The notes under the pieces: model-generated
Databases searched by the model: none
Told to the model about the DNA's origin: nothing
The model's input: only the letters and a program-made list of their open reading frames with translations
Origin: an uncultured Acidobacteriota bacterium
GTDB lineage: Bacteria; Acidobacteriota; Thermoanaerobaculia; UBA5066; DATFVB01
Reading direction: 5' to 3'
Length of the DNA: 64,000 bases
Assembly (NCBI GenBank): GCA_963813155.1
Contig: CAWEYG010000002.1
Coordinates: forward strand, 288,001 to 352,000
Shown here: positions 1-10,771 of the stretch, piece after piece
Layout of the letters: each line of letters starts with the position of its first letter
Position numbering within the stretch: the stretch's first letter is position 1
Program-made: the position numbers and the translations under genes

Positions 1-338
1 AGCACGAGACAGGCGGAAAAGAAAACGGCCGCCGCCGCGAAATCGACGCCCGACGCCGCGTTCCGCGCCGCGAACGTCCAGAGAATCGCGTTCGCGAGCT
101 CGATCGCCGGGTACCTCGCGGAAATCGGCGCGCGGCAATCGCGGCACTTTCCGGCGAGCAGGGCCCACGACAGAACCGGAACGTTGTCCCGCGCCCGGAT
201 CGGAGCGCCGCAGGCGGGACACCGCGAACCGGGAAAGACGATCGACCTCCCCCGCGGGATCCGGTGAATGCACACGTTCAGGAAGCTCCCCACGAGCAGG
301 CCCGAGATCGCCGCGAAGAGGACGAAAATCGGGCTCAT
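1..338 (-). CDS. pilD: Type IV prepilin peptidase (A24), 5' part; runs off the window start
   Basis: Manual translation from ATG at 338: [77 protein letters not shown]. Has GSFLNV and two CxxC motifs; ATGA overlap with the upstream gene's stop. Confidence 0.95.
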   Translation of the reverse strand, partial: MSPIFVLFAAISGLLVGSFLNVCIHRIPRGRSIVFPGSRCPACGAPIRARDNVPVLSWALLAGKCRDCRAPISARYPAIELANAILWTFAARNAASGVDFAAAAVFFSACLV

Positions 339-2480
339 CGGGATTCCGTCGTCGCGCTCGCGAAACGACGCCGACCGACGAGGACGAGGAGCACGAGCCC
401 GGAGCAGGCCGCCCCGGCGTAGAACGGCCACGGCCGATACACCCAGAGGACCCTGTGGTCGCCCCCGGGGACGAGCACGGCGGAAAAGACTCCGTTCGCC
501 TTTTCGATCTCCGTCGGTCGCCCGTCGATCGACGCGCGCCACCACGGATCCCACGACATCGGGAGATAGAGCCAGGCGTCGCGCGACAGCGTGACGGAAT
601 ACTCGATGCGTTCGGGAGTCCGGGCGAGCGTCGAGGCGAGCGCGACGTTGCCCGGCGGGAGCCGCGCTCCGGCTTCGATGGACAGGCGGCGGCCCGAGCT
701 CACGGTGAGCACGCGGCGGAAATCGACGCCGCCGGAGGCGATTTCCTTCAAGGCGGCGAGCGAGTCGCCTTCGGCCCGGTCTCGAAAGAAAAACGTCGCT
801 CCGGCCAGCGGGTCGGGAACCAGAACGCGGGCCATCTTCTCCCCGCGCGGAAAGCGGACTTCGCCGCAGCCGGAGATCGCCGCCAGCGGCAGGAAGTCCT
901 TCAGGCCCGTCAAGGACTGCATGAAGACCTGCTGCGAGCGGTTCGGCAGGGCGGCCGCCGTTCGCGCCTTCGCGATGCCGAAGGGAAGGTTCGAGTATCC
1001 GGACAGGGAATCGACCTGCCGGCGCACCCTTCCCGTTTCGTCCGGCAGGGCGCGGCTGGCCCATCCCGAAAGAATCTCGTCCTCCGACGTCAGGACCTTT
1101 CCGCGCGGGGGCAGCGGCTTTCCGAGAAGAGCCGCGAGATCCGCCGTTCGCGACAACGGCAGCGCCGAAGCGGCGAGATGCGCGGCTGCGAACAGCGACG
1201 CGATCGCCGCGAAAAATCCTCTCCGCGCCGGAGAACGGTCCCAGGCGACGAGCGCGAGACCGATGCCGAGCCCCGCGACCGTCGCGCGCCCGGCGGGATC
1301 CGGGCCCGCGAGAAAAATCCCCAGTCCGGCCGAGGCGAGCGCGAGAACACCGGCGAAGACTCTCGTCCGGCCGGAAATCGCGAACCGAAGACCCTCGAGC
1401 CCTTCCGCCGCGAGAAGCGCGACAACGAACAGGGTCAGCGCGAAGAGTTTCGACGGGTACCGGAACGGGCCTTCCAGCGGCAGCATCGCGGCCCCGAGGG
1501 CTCCGGCGGCGAGGGCCGCCCAGACACGCCGTTCCCGCGTTCGCTCCGGCAGCGCGAACGCCGCCAGGCCGAGCAGCGCGATCGGCAGAGAAACGTAGAT
1601 CGTCTGGAGGTACCCGGCTCCCGCGGGCAGCCAGGGCCAATTCGAAAGCGACGGGGCGGTCACGCTCCCCGCGACCTGTCGAATCGTCATCTGGCCGGGC
1701 CACACCGACGATCGGCGCCGCGCGTGAACGAGGGTATCCAGAACGGGAAGAACCTGGACGGCGGCGAGAACGGCGCCGGACCCCGCGGCCCATGCGAAGA
1801 GCCCCCAGCGGCGCCGGCGCACCCGGCCGGTCTCGAGCTGCTCGACGGTCTTCGCGCTTCCATTCGAACAGAAAGATCACGGCCGAAAGAACCAGACCGA
1901 ACAGGGCCATCTCGGGGCTTCCCGCGAGCACGGCGGCCGCGAGGGAAAACGCGAAAGCCGCGCGCTGCCGGCGGGTCGTCAGGCCCAGTTGCGCCGCCCA
2001 GGCCATCGCCGGGATCCACGCGAACCCCGCGAAGTGATTCCAAAGAGCGGACATCGAGACGGCGCCCCCGGACAGGGCGTAGACCGCGCTTCCCAGGACT
2101 GCCGACGGCCGACTCAGGGCGCGGGCCCGAAGGAACCCGAGAAAGCAGAGATCCGCGACGAGGAAATGAAAGAGCAGAAAGGCTCCCGTGGCAACGGCCG
2201 CGTTCCGCGCGAGAAACAGCCAGGCGGGCGGATAGAAGATCTCGTTCTGGCCGTCTCCGATCCACGACTCGCCGTTGCCGGAAAGCGGATTCCAGAGCGG
2301 GAGCGAACCCGCGCGCAAGCGCGCCGCCGTGTAGACGTGCGAGGGAAAGAAAAAGTCGCTCTGATCCCGAAACGTCGGCACCCGGTCGCGGCGGAACGCG
2401 CCCCAGACGAAGCACAGAGCGAGAAGCGCCGGCGCGAGCGAGGCCGCTGCCCCCAACGACCATTTCCGGGAAGGTTGCAC
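335..2480 (-). CDS. YfhO-like GT-C membrane glycosyltransferase, frameshifted near 1830
   Basis: N-terminus from GTG 2480 ([10 protein letters not shown]...[10 protein letters not shown]...IFYP) and C-terminal YfhO motif [35 protein letters not shown] in ORF 335..1822; many hydrophobic segments. Confidence 0.8.
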
Positions 2481-2520
2481 GAACGGATTCTAAGGTCGAA
2501 CCATCCTATACTCGCCGGGA

Positions 2521-4188
2521 ATGTTCGCGAGGACGGTCGTCCGGAGGTTTCTCTTCCACGCGGCCGTCTTCCTCGTCGCGTGGCCGCTCGCCTCGACGGT
2601 CGCCGCGACTCTCGACTTGAAATCCCAGCCGATGACGTCGCGGCTGCCGTGGCTCGCCACTTTCGGCATGCTGTGCCGGGCGCAACCGCTCCTCCTGAGC
2701 GAGTGGCTTTTCGTCGGGTTTCTCGGTGCGATCGCGTCGACGGCTCTGTTCTCCGTTCTGTCGTGGCGCCCGGAGCCGGACACGCCCGCGCTCGTGACCA
2801 GCATGGAGCCGGTTCTCCTGATGGCGGCTGCCGTCGCCGGCGTCGCGACCGAGTTTCCCGCCGTTCTCGCGCACCCGTTTCTTCGGAGCCTTCGGCCCGT
2901 CCCGGTTCGGCTGGCCATCGCGATCCTCGTCGTGCTGTCGGCGGCGCTGTTCGCGCTCCTGGGCGCACGACTCGCCGGGCCGCGAAGGAGTGTCGTCTGG
3001 CTCGTGGCCGGCCTGTCGACCGTCGCCCTCGCCGCCGCTCTTTCGCGGACACCGGCCGGCCGGCGGTCCGGAAATCCCGCCCGGCAATCGATTGCCTTGC
3101 TGGGCATCGACTCGCTTTCGCAGAGCGACGATCTCGGGCCGATGCGCCGCCTCGCGGGAGATCACGGGGGAAGCTTCTTCACGAGCGCGGTGACGACCGG
3201 AGTCGTGACGAATGCCGTCTGGGGCTCCGTCCTTCAGCATCGACCCATTCGCGAAACCGGGACGTGGACGATTTTTCTGACGGCAGACTGGAGATCCGTG
3301 CCCTACAACCTCGTCCGGGAGGCTCATCGCGCCGGCTGGACGACAGTCTCGTACTTCTCAGACCAGTTCACGTCCTATATCGGGGACGACGCCGGCTTCG
3401 ACGTCGACCGAAGCGGGCCAAAGGGCTGGCTTCAGCTCGCGACCACGACACTCAAACAGAACAGCGTTTTTCTCGCCGCCGCTCTCCCGCGGCTTCCGGA
3501 GCTCCCCGGCGCCCGCACGCCCCGGAACCAGTCGGGAACGTTCGCGTTCGACGTCGACGCCGAGCTCGACGATTTCTTCCGCTGCCCGGCGGCGGCCGGA
3601 AAATGCTTTTCCGCGGGGCACCTCGATTACCTCCACCAGCCGCTCTACCCCCGGTTCGACGAGCTGACGCCCGCGCAGCGCGGGATCGTTCTCGCGTCGC
3701 CCGTCAGCGCGGTCGAAGACCTGAGCTTCGACTGGCGTTATCCGGCGATCGAGGGCGACGCGCTCGGCCTGTACGGATGGAAGGTGCGACACGTTCAGGA
3801 GGTCGTCCGGCGCGCCGTCGAGCGCTCCCGATTCCTCGCGCCGGGCGCCGGCAACCGGCTCGTCGTCTTTTCGGATCATGGAAGCCGAAAAGATCTGACC
3901 GCGCAGAATCTCGGCAACCCGATGTATTGGAACGTCCTGCTCGCGACATTCGGCTCGCCCGCGCGGGAACCGGCCCTGCCGATCTCGCTCCTCGAGATTC
4001 CCCGGCTCCTCGGGTTCCCGGATGCGACACGTCCCCTGCCGGATTCGCCGGCCGTCGACTACGCCGACGTGGACGAAAAAGACGTCCCGATGCTGACGCC
4101 CTACTTCTCCAGCGACGGGCGCATCTTCCTCAGCCCGAGCGCGCTTGCCCGGATCCGGCCGCGAATGGAGACGTTTCGGCCCTACTAG
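2521..4188 (+). CDS. Membrane-anchored sulfatase/alkaline-phosphatase superfamily protein
   Basis: N-terminal hydrophobic helices, then IALLGIDSL and VVFSDHG motifs. Confidence 0.75.
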   Translation: MFARTVVRRFLFHAAVFLVAWPLASTVAATLDLKSQPMTSRLPWLATFGMLCRAQPLLLSEWLFVGFLGAIASTALFSVLSWRPEPDTPALVTSMEPVLLMAAAVAGVATEFPAVLAHPFLRSLRPVPVRLAIAILVVLSAALFALLGARLAGPRRSVVWLVAGLSTVALAAALSRTPAGRRSGNPARQSIALLGIDSLSQSDDLGPMRRLAGDHGGSFFTSAVTTGVVTNAVWGSVLQHRPIRETGTWTIFLTADWRSVPYNLVREAHRAGWTTVSYFSDQFTSYIGDDAGFDVDRSGPKGWLQLATTTLKQNSVFLAAALPRLPELPGARTPRNQSGTFAFDVDAELDDFFRCPAAAGKCFSAGHLDYLHQPLYPRFDELTPAQRGIVLASPVSAVEDLSFDWRYPAIEGDALGLYGWKVRHVQEVVRRAVERSRFLAPGAGNRLVVFSDHGSRKDLTAQNLGNPMYWNVLLATFGSPAREPALPISLLEIPRLLGFPDATRPLPDSPAVDYADVDEKDVPMLTPYFSSDGRIFLSPSALARIRPRMETFRPY

Positions 4189-4194
4189 TTCTGT

Positions 4195-4695
4195 CTAGTT
4201 CTGTGGTCCGTCCGGGTACTGCACGAAGCTTCCGTTCGAATAGATGATGTCGTTGTTGAAATTCGTCGTCGTGCCGCACCTGATGGAGGACGGGTCTCCG
4301 TCGGAAATTCCGTCCCGTCCGAACGAGCTGATGTTGTACTCGAAACTCTGATTGTCGACCCCGTAGTGCAGGAAATTTCTCCAACCGTCGGTGAACGGCG
4401 GCTGGATGTACGTGGGCCGAAGAAAAGTGAACGAGTCCGAGCTCAGGGTCACGTTCGCGGAGGGAACGGTCGACGGACACGCCGCCGTCGGGTACGTGCT
4501 GTTGTCCGCGTTGTACGTCTCGACCGCGGTCGCGAGCGTGCGAATGTCCGCCATTGTGCGCTTCTGCTTGCCCCTCTGAAGCGCGTTCAGCAGATTCGGA
4601 ATCGCGATCGCCGCGAGAATCCCGATGATCGCAATGACAACCAGGAGCTCGATCAGTGTGAAGCCTCTTGCGAGGCGATTTCGCCCAAGAGCCAT
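4195..4695 (-). CDS. Type IV pilin / GspG-like pilin 1
   Basis: G|FTLIELLVVIAIIGILAAIAIP prepilin motif; GspG-like DGW..Y and SFGRDG; GGAGGAG RBS before ATG 4695. Confidence 0.93.
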   Translation of the reverse strand: MALGRNRLARGFTLIELLVVIAIIGILAAIAIPNLLNALQRGKQKRTMADIRTLATAVETYNADNSTYPTAACPSTVPSANVTLSSDSFTFLRPTYIQPPFTDGWRNFLHYGVDNQSFEYNISSFGRDGISDGDPSSIRCGTTTNFNNDIIYSNGSFVQYPDGPQN

Positions 4696-4746
4696 GATTC
4701 TCCTCCTCCCTAAGACCAACATTCCGACATCCCGGGAGAATCATTC

Positions 4747-4762
4747 TGCAATCCATGGACCA
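4747..4762 (-). promoter_or_regulatory. Sigma54 (-24/-12) promoter of pilin 1
   Basis: TGGTCCATGGATTGCA on the minus strand: GG-N10-GC with TTGC. Confidence 0.75.
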
Positions 4763-4874
4763 AGAATCTGAATCCAAGTATCTGCAAAACAATGAGTTCC
4801 AGCACGCAGAAAACGGGGAACTGACAAGTCTTTGCAGTCGAGGACAGAGACGGCACTTTGAAGACGAATCGGAC

Positions 4875-4902
4875 AAAAAAAAGGCCGGCCTCTCGGCCGG
4901 CC
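4875..4902 (-). terminator. Intrinsic terminator after pilin 2
   Basis: GGCCGGCC-4 nt loop-GGCCGGCC followed by a T8 tract on the minus strand. Confidence 0.85.
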
Positions 4903-4922
4903 CCTTTCAAGCTCGTCGCAGA

Positions 4923-5438
4923 TCAGTGCTGGGGACCGTCCGGATACGCGATGAACGTGCCGTTGGAGTAGACGATGTCCGCGTTGAAGTCCGTCGTCGT
5001 TCCGCAATTCGACCCGTCGGAGGACGGCGCCGAAGGGCCCGCCGCTCCGTCCCGGCCCTGGACTCGATCGTGTACGACTGGCCAAGGGCGCGGCCGCGCC
5101 GTACAGAAGGGGCTTCTGCCAGCCGTCCTGGAACGGGGGCTGAGCAATGTAGGTCGGCTTCAAAAGCGTGAACGATCCGGACTCGACGGCCGTTGCGGCA
5201 GCGGGAACGTCGGGCAGGTCGTCGCCGTCGGGTACTGGTTGTTGTCGACGTTGTACGACTCGATCGCGATCGCCAGATTTCGAATGTCTGACATCGTGCG
5301 CTTCTGCTTGCCGCGCTGAAGAGCGTTGAGAAGATTCGGGATCGCAATGGCGGCCAGAATGCCGATGATCGCGATCACGATGAGCAGCTCGATCAGCGTA
5401 AATCCAGCTGCTCTCTTTCGAAGACGGTTCAAATTCAT
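4923..5438 (-). CDS. Type IV pilin / GspG-like pilin 2, paralog of pilin 1, frameshifted
   Basis: G|FTLIELLIVIAIIGILAAIAIPNLLNALQRGKQKRTM, then KPTYIAQPPFQDGW and CGTTTDFNADIVYSNGTFIAYPDGPQH in other frames; colinear with pilin 1. Confidence 0.88.
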
Positions 5439-5468
5439 ACTTCCTCCTTACGAAGCTACCTCTGCATT

Positions 5469-5484
5469 AGCAAGTTCCAGACCA
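5469..5484 (-). promoter_or_regulatory. Sigma54 (-24/-12) promoter of pilin 2
   Basis: TGGTCTGGAACTTGCT: GG-N10-GC, 30 nt upstream of the ATG; IHF-like TTTCAATCAGTTA at 5510-5522. Confidence 0.75.
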
Positions 5485-5555
5485 TCTCAAAACGAAAAAG
5501 CACGTTGTTTTTCAATCAGTTACAGCATCGAAAGTGAACCTGGCGACGATTTTTG

Positions 5556-7003
5556 TCAACGACTCGACGGCCGAGGTCGATTTTCTGTCAATTCCTGCGC
5601 CTCCTCGAAAAGCACTTCTCGCATGACGTTCAGACCTCTCGTGTAGAACGGCAGAAAGATCCGCTCGTCGTTTCCGTGACGCCTCGCCGCATCGAGCGGA
5701 TCGATCTGAAACGGCGTGAATCCGTAAGCCGCGACGCCCCGCTTTCGAAATTCGACGGAAGTCGTCCCGGAAAAAGAGTTCACGAGCGGGATCATCGGCA
5801 GCCCGGGGGAGACGGCCTCGAGGACCCGTCGGATCGCCTCCGTGTCCGGGGTCGGATAGGGGGAGGCGATCCCGGCCGGTCCGCACAGCGCGAGGCTCAC
5901 GCGAGCACCGCGCGTTTCGAATCCGCTCGATGAGCCGGTCGAAATACGGTTTCGGGTCGACGCCGAGCGGGAGCGAGACCATCGCGACGCTGCCAAACTT
6001 GTAGCCGCCGGAAAACTCCGGCAGAAGTTTCGCTTCGAACGGGGGCTGTTGCCACGCCCCGCCCGTCACGAGGCTCAGGTTCTGGTACGGAATCCATTTC
6101 GCGACTTCCGGCAGCTTCAGCAGCTCCGGGTGCCGAAACGCGTTCGCGAAGAACGGCGGCCGAAACTCCGACACCGCGTCGAAATACATGTTGAGCGCCG
6201 GCGCCGGCGGCACGTAAAGGCCGAGGCTCTCGAACGCCGGCTCGGGCCGGAGCGCCGCCGGGTCATCGGCCCCGAGGATCGCGTACGCCATCCCTCCCTG
6301 CGCGATCTCGATTCCGACGTAGCGCGGCGTGCCGGCGACGACTTCTTCGTAGCCCTCCTTCGTTCAGGACCAGCTCGACGCCCGAGAGAACGTCCGGCCG
6401 GTGCTCGTAGATCCAGGAAACACCGTCGGTGCCGCCGAGCTCCTCTCCGCACTCCGCGAGGAAGATGACGTCCCGACCGGGCACGAGGCCGGAGCGGAAG
6501 AGATCCCTGTAGGCGAGGAGCTGCGAGATCGCGATCGACTTCATGTCGTACGACCCGCGGCCATAGAGGTAGCTTTTCTCGATCGTTCCCCCGAACGGCG
6601 GCTTCGTCCAGAGCGACGAAGCCACGGGAACGACGTCGATGTGGTTGAGGAGAAGAATCGCCCTTCCCTCCGAGCGGCCCCGGATCCGCGAGTACAGATT
6701 GCAGCGATCCTTTTCGGGACAGATCAATTCCGAGGGAATGCCCTCGCAGTCGAGAAATGCCTTGAGAAATTCCGCTCCCGGCCTCTCGCGCCCCGGCGGG
6801 TTCCTCGTGTCGACGCGAACATAATCCCGCAGCAACCGAATCGATTCCTCCTCGAGCCAGCGAGCGGGCGTCCTCGCGATCTCCGGCTGCCACTCGGGCA
6901 ACTTCAGAGACTGCGCCGGGGATTCGACTCTCCGGCACGAGACCGCGAACAGGGAAAGGACGGCAACCGAAGCGGTGGCGATGATCTTCGAAATGTTGTT
7001 CAT
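5556..7003 (-). CDS. M20/M25/M40 metallopeptidase, probable lipoprotein, frameshifted
   Basis: LLLNHIDVVP, YGRGSYDMKS, ECGEE and C-terminal HGNDERI spread over three frames; lipobox-like LFAVSC. Confidence 0.85.
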
Positions 7004-9330
7004 GCCGTTTTCGCCTCCCGGCAGAGAAAAAGGAGAAGGACCCCGCCCGCGATCGAGATCGCGGGCCCCGCGAGTCCGCCCGGCAGCTGCTCGCGGATCG
7101 AAACTTCATGAGAGCCGGCCGGGATCGCGATCGAGCTCAGGCAGAGGTCCGCCGGATCCACGGACACGGGGCTCCCGTCCACGGTCGCCGAACGAAACGG
7201 GAAGGGGGACCTGGGAAAGACGAGCCGGGACGGGCCCGGCGTCCGGGTCCGAGCGACGATGGAGTCCGGACCGTTGTGCTGGATCGCGAGAGATCCGCCC
7301 GAGAGGTCCGACTCCGCCGACCGGCCCGTTTCGACGACGGTCTCGGTGCGGAAGTCGACGCTCCGGCCGTGGATCCGCTCGTACGCGGCGCCGACACCCT
7401 CCACCTCGATCACTCTTCTCGCGAACCGAAAATTCGGAAGCGCGGAAGGGTTCAGCACGACCCACTCCTGGCCAATCGCTTTTGCGGCCGCCGGGAAGGC
7501 GATCGGGATTCTTCCGCGCTCGACGATCGCGGCCCGCGCCGAGTAGGCGCCCAGAAAGTCCCGGACTCCCGGCCATGTTCCGGAGTCGCGATAGATCTCC
7601 CTTCGAACGAGCTCGACCCGGTAGAAATCCGACACATCGTAGTCCTGATTCAAGGAGTAGAACGTCCCGAACGCGGCTCCGACGTCGCTCCGCAGAGAGT
7701 CCTGGGCTCTCTGAACTCCCGATCGACCCGAGTCTCCGGAGCTCAGGTAGTACTCCTCGAGGGGCAGGAACCCGAATCGGCCGTACCCCTGAAGCCGCGC
7801 GACCGCGCGAGCGGCCGGGGGAGGCGTGAAGATGGTCGCGTCGGAAGACGTTCCGACCGAGCGCCACCGCAACACGGCGAGGTCGGCGACCGAGAAGACG
7901 AAGATCGCGCCGAGCGCGAGCCCGCGGCGGAACGAAGACCAGACGATCATCAGGCCAAGCGCCGCCCAGAGGCCGGCGGATTCGATCAGCATCCGCGGCA
8001 GCTCGCGGGCGCCGGAGGCGCCATTCCGGAGAGTGGCCGACCAGTGCCGATCGATGAACGCGGCGAGCTCGGCCGGTCTCGAAATCGCGGCGAGGCCGGC
8101 CGCAGCCAGCAGAAGCGCGACCGCAAAGGCTCCGGCCGCGAAGCGGGACCGCTCCCCCGATCGAAGCGAGTCGAACGCGAGCCCCCCCAGGAGCGCGATC
8201 CCGAGCGTCGCCCCGGCCATGAGCTTTTCCGGATATCGGAGGGGAATCGGAGAGGATGCCGAGAGCCAGCTCTCCGGCAGAAAAGAGCCGGCCGCCGAAA
8301 CCGCGAAGGAAAACGCCGTGATGCCGTACACGAACAGCCGGCGGCCGCGGGGAGGGCGAAAGAACAGGAGAGCCGCTGCCGCGAGAACGCCGGGAAACAG
8401 AGTCTGAAAGAATCCGGCAGTCTTGTTGCTCCAGAGCGATTCTCCCCACACGTGGGGGGACGAAGCGGCATTGCCGAACGGAAACGGAAGGACCATCTCC
8501 AGGAGACGCCACGGCGACACCGACCACGTGACCGCCGCGCGCAGCGGAAAACGTCCGAGCGCGCGAACCGTGTGGGGAACGAAGAGAAGCGCGGGAACGA
8601 TCTGGATTCCGGCGAGCAGAAATCCCGGAAGAGAGGCCAGAAACAGAGCTCCGACCCGCCGGAGACCCTCCGAGCTTCGCGACTCCTGCAGGACGAGGAG
8701 GATCGCGCCGACGAAGGCGAGACCCGCGGTGAAAACGTCTCCCACGAGGAGATCGACGCCCCAGATCGCCGCGAAGAGAGCCGCGCTTCGGCCCGTCTTC
8801 CGGTCCGCGAACCGGGCGGCCGCCCAGAGGATCCAGGGGAGCAGGGCCAGGCCCGGAAGAAAATCCGGGTAGACGATTTCCGAAAGTGCGGGGCCGCTTC
8901 CCGCATAGAGCGCGCCCGTGAGCATCGCCGAAGTCGAAGAAATGCCGAAGAGGCGCGCCAGAAAGAAGGCCCCGACGCCCGCGAGCCAGAGGTGAAACAC
9001 CGGAAAGAGCTTGAACGAAACCCGGAACGGCAGCGCCGCCATCGCGATTCGCACCGGATAGAAGACGCCGGTGTTGGGGTTTGCCGCCAGCGGCCTGCCG
9101 AAGGAGACCTCGGGCAGGATCAGCGGAATTCTCCCCTGCTGCCAGGAATCGTGGACGGCTTTTTCGATCGGAAGGAAGAACGGCACCATGTCCCGGCTCG
9201 CGAAGGTTTTCCGGACCAGCAGCGGATCCGCGAACAGCGCGAGCAACACTCCCGCGAAACCGAGGGAGAACCAGAGCCCGGACCGCCGTTGGAGGAATTC
9301 CCCTCGATTCTCGCCGGAGAGCGCAAACAT
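7000..9330 (-). CDS. YfhO-like GT-C membrane glycosyltransferase
   Basis: SRDMVPFFLP...GRPLAANPNTGVFYP, LRYPEK, and C-terminal ATVDG...IPAGSHEV; polytopic. Confidence 0.8.
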   Translation of the reverse strand: MFALSGENRGEFLQRRSGLWFSLGFAGVLLALFADPLLVRKTFASRDMVPFFLPIEKAVHDSWQQGRIPLILPEVSFGRPLAANPNTGVFYPVRIAMAALPFRVSFKLFPVFHLWLAGVGAFFLARLFGISSTSAMLTGALYAGSGPALSEIVYPDFLPGLALLPWILWAAARFADRKTGRSAALFAAIWGVDLLVGDVFTAGLAFVGAILLVLQESRSSEGLRRVGALFLASLPGFLLAGIQIVPALLFVPHTVRALGRFPLRAAVTWSVSPWRLLEMVLPFPFGNAASSPHVWGESLWSNKTAGFFQTLFPGVLAAAALLFFRPPRGRRLFVYGITAFSFAVSAAGSFLPESWLSASSPIPLRYPEKLMAGATLGIALLGGLAFDSLRSGERSRFAAGAFAVALLLAAAGLAAISRPAELAAFIDRHWSATLRNGASGARELPRMLIESAGLWAALGLMIVWSSFRRGLALGAIFVFSVADLAVLRWRSVGTSSDATIFTPPPAARAVARLQGYGRFGFLPLEEYYLSSGDSGRSGVQRAQDSLRSDVGAAFGTFYSLNQDYDVSDFYRVELVRREIYRDSGTWPGVRDFLGAYSARAAIVERGRIPIAFPAAAKAIGQEWVVLNPSALPNFRFARRVIEVEGVGAAYERIHGRSVDFRTETVVETGRSAESDLSGGSLAIQHNGPDSIVARTRTPGPSRLVFPRSPFPFRSATVDGSPVSVDPADLCLSSIAIPAGSHEVSIREQLPGGLAGPAISIAGGVLLLFLCREAKTA

Positions 9331-9361
9331 GCTGGCGCCGATGATAATAGAGGACCGAGAG

Positions 9362-10771
9362 ATGGCCACGAAACTCGATCGCCCGGCGGCGGCCCTCGCG
9401 GGCGGGATTCTCGTCCTTCGGGCGATCTCGCTCGCCCGGCGGCCGCTGTGGTTCGACGAGATCTTCACGCAATGGATCGCGCGGAAGTCTCCCTCTCGAA
9501 TCGTCGAGAGCCTTCGTCTCGACTCGGGACCGCCGCTCTTCTACTTCCTCGCCCACCCTCTCGTTCGCGCGGGAGAGCTCCTTCGGTTCGATCCGGCGGC
9601 GCGGATTCTCTCCTTCCTGGCGATCGGTCTCCTCTTCGCCGCGATCCGGCCGCGATATTCGGGCGGACCGAGGTTCGCGGTCCTGCTCGCGGCGTCTCCC
9701 CTGATGTTCTTCTACTCCGGAGAGGCCCGGCAGTACGCGCTTCTCGCCGCCGTCTCCTTCGTCCTGTTCCTCGCGGCCCTGCGCGCGCGCGACGAGTGGA
9801 CGCCCCGGCTCTGCGCGGCGCTTGCGGCCGCCGCCCTTCCCTGGATCCACTACCTCGGCGTCTTCGTCGTCGCCGGGTCCGTGATCCTTTGCCTGGCCCG
9901 GAAGAGACGCGTCGGCGCGATACTTCAAGTCGCCGGAGCGAGCCTGTTTCTGGTCTGGGCTCCGATCGCCCGGGCCCAGCCGCCGCTTTCGCTCTCCTGG
10001 AACGTCTCCGCGGCTTCTTCCGTGCGCGTCTTCGCGGCGTTCGGATTCTGGGGGGATTCGCTTCCGTATTTTTCCGGCTGGCGGACGCCCGCGGCCTGGG
10101 CCGGAATCGCCCTGGGGGTCGCCCTTCTCCTGACCGCCGCCGCGAACGCACGGAAGTCCCGCGCGGTCCGCGACGCGCTCGCGTTCTCGATCCTTCCCCT
10201 GCTCCTCGTCCTTCTCGCAAGCCGGGTCCGCCCCGTTTACTTTCCCGGCCGGACGGAAATGGCGACTCTCCCCGTCGCACTGTGGGCCCTCGCGCGGGCT
10301 TCGCGCCGCTCGCGCGCGGTCAACGTTCTGACGCTCGCCGCCGCGATCGGAGGCTTCGCGGTGATCGCGGGATCTTTTCTTCGACCGGCGGGCCCGTTTC
10401 CGTACTCGGAAACGGCGAAATTCCTGGCGGCACGCTGCCGGCCCGGCGACGTCGTCGTCGCGGCCGACGCGAACTACCTGCCCCTGCGGCTCGAAAAGGA
10501 TCGGGCAGCGCTCGCCGCGCCGCTTGTCGGGCTGCCGCTCGAACTGGAGTCGCACCCGGGTTGGTTCGAGCCGATCGATCCTTCGAAAATCGACGGCGAG
10601 GCGGCCCGGCTGAGGCACCGGATCGCCGCCGTGCCGCCCGGCGGCCGCGTCGAGCTCGCGATTCCGCCGGACCCCGCCCTGCGCGATCTGGCCCAACGAA
10701 GCCTGGAGAGCGGAGCGAGACGAGTTCTTCGCCCGCCGGCGGGCTACGCGATCCTCGAAGTCGATCGCTGA
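9362..10771 (+). CDS. GT-C glycosyltransferase (PMT/ArnT-like)
   Basis: [22 protein letters not shown] and HYLG motifs; polytopic. Confidence 0.8.
   Translation: MATKLDRPAAALAGGILVLRAISLARRPLWFDEIFTQWIARKSPSRIVESLRLDSGPPLFYFLAHPLVRAGELLRFDPAARILSFLAIGLLFAAIRPRYSGGPRFAVLLAASPLMFFYSGEARQYALLAAVSFVLFLAALRARDEWTPRLCAALAAAALPWIHYLGVFVVAGSVILCLARKRRVGAILQVAGASLFLVWAPIARAQPPLSLSWNVSAASSVRVFAAFGFWGDSLPYFSGWRTPAAWAGIALGVALLLTAAANARKSRAVRDALAFSILPLLLVLLASRVRPVYFPGRTEMATLPVALWALARASRRSRAVNVLTLAAAIGGFAVIAGSFLRPAGPFPYSETAKFLAARCRPGDVVVAADANYLPLRLEKDRAALAAPLVGLPLELESHPGWFEPIDPSKIDGEAARLRHRIAAVPPGGRVELAIPPDPALRDLAQRSLESGARRVLRPPAGYAILEVDR

Noticed and set aside
4195-5438. Pilin 2 as a silent cassette for antigenic variation
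   Set aside because: It has its own promoter, RBS, complete leader and terminator; no recombinase or invertible repeats seen.
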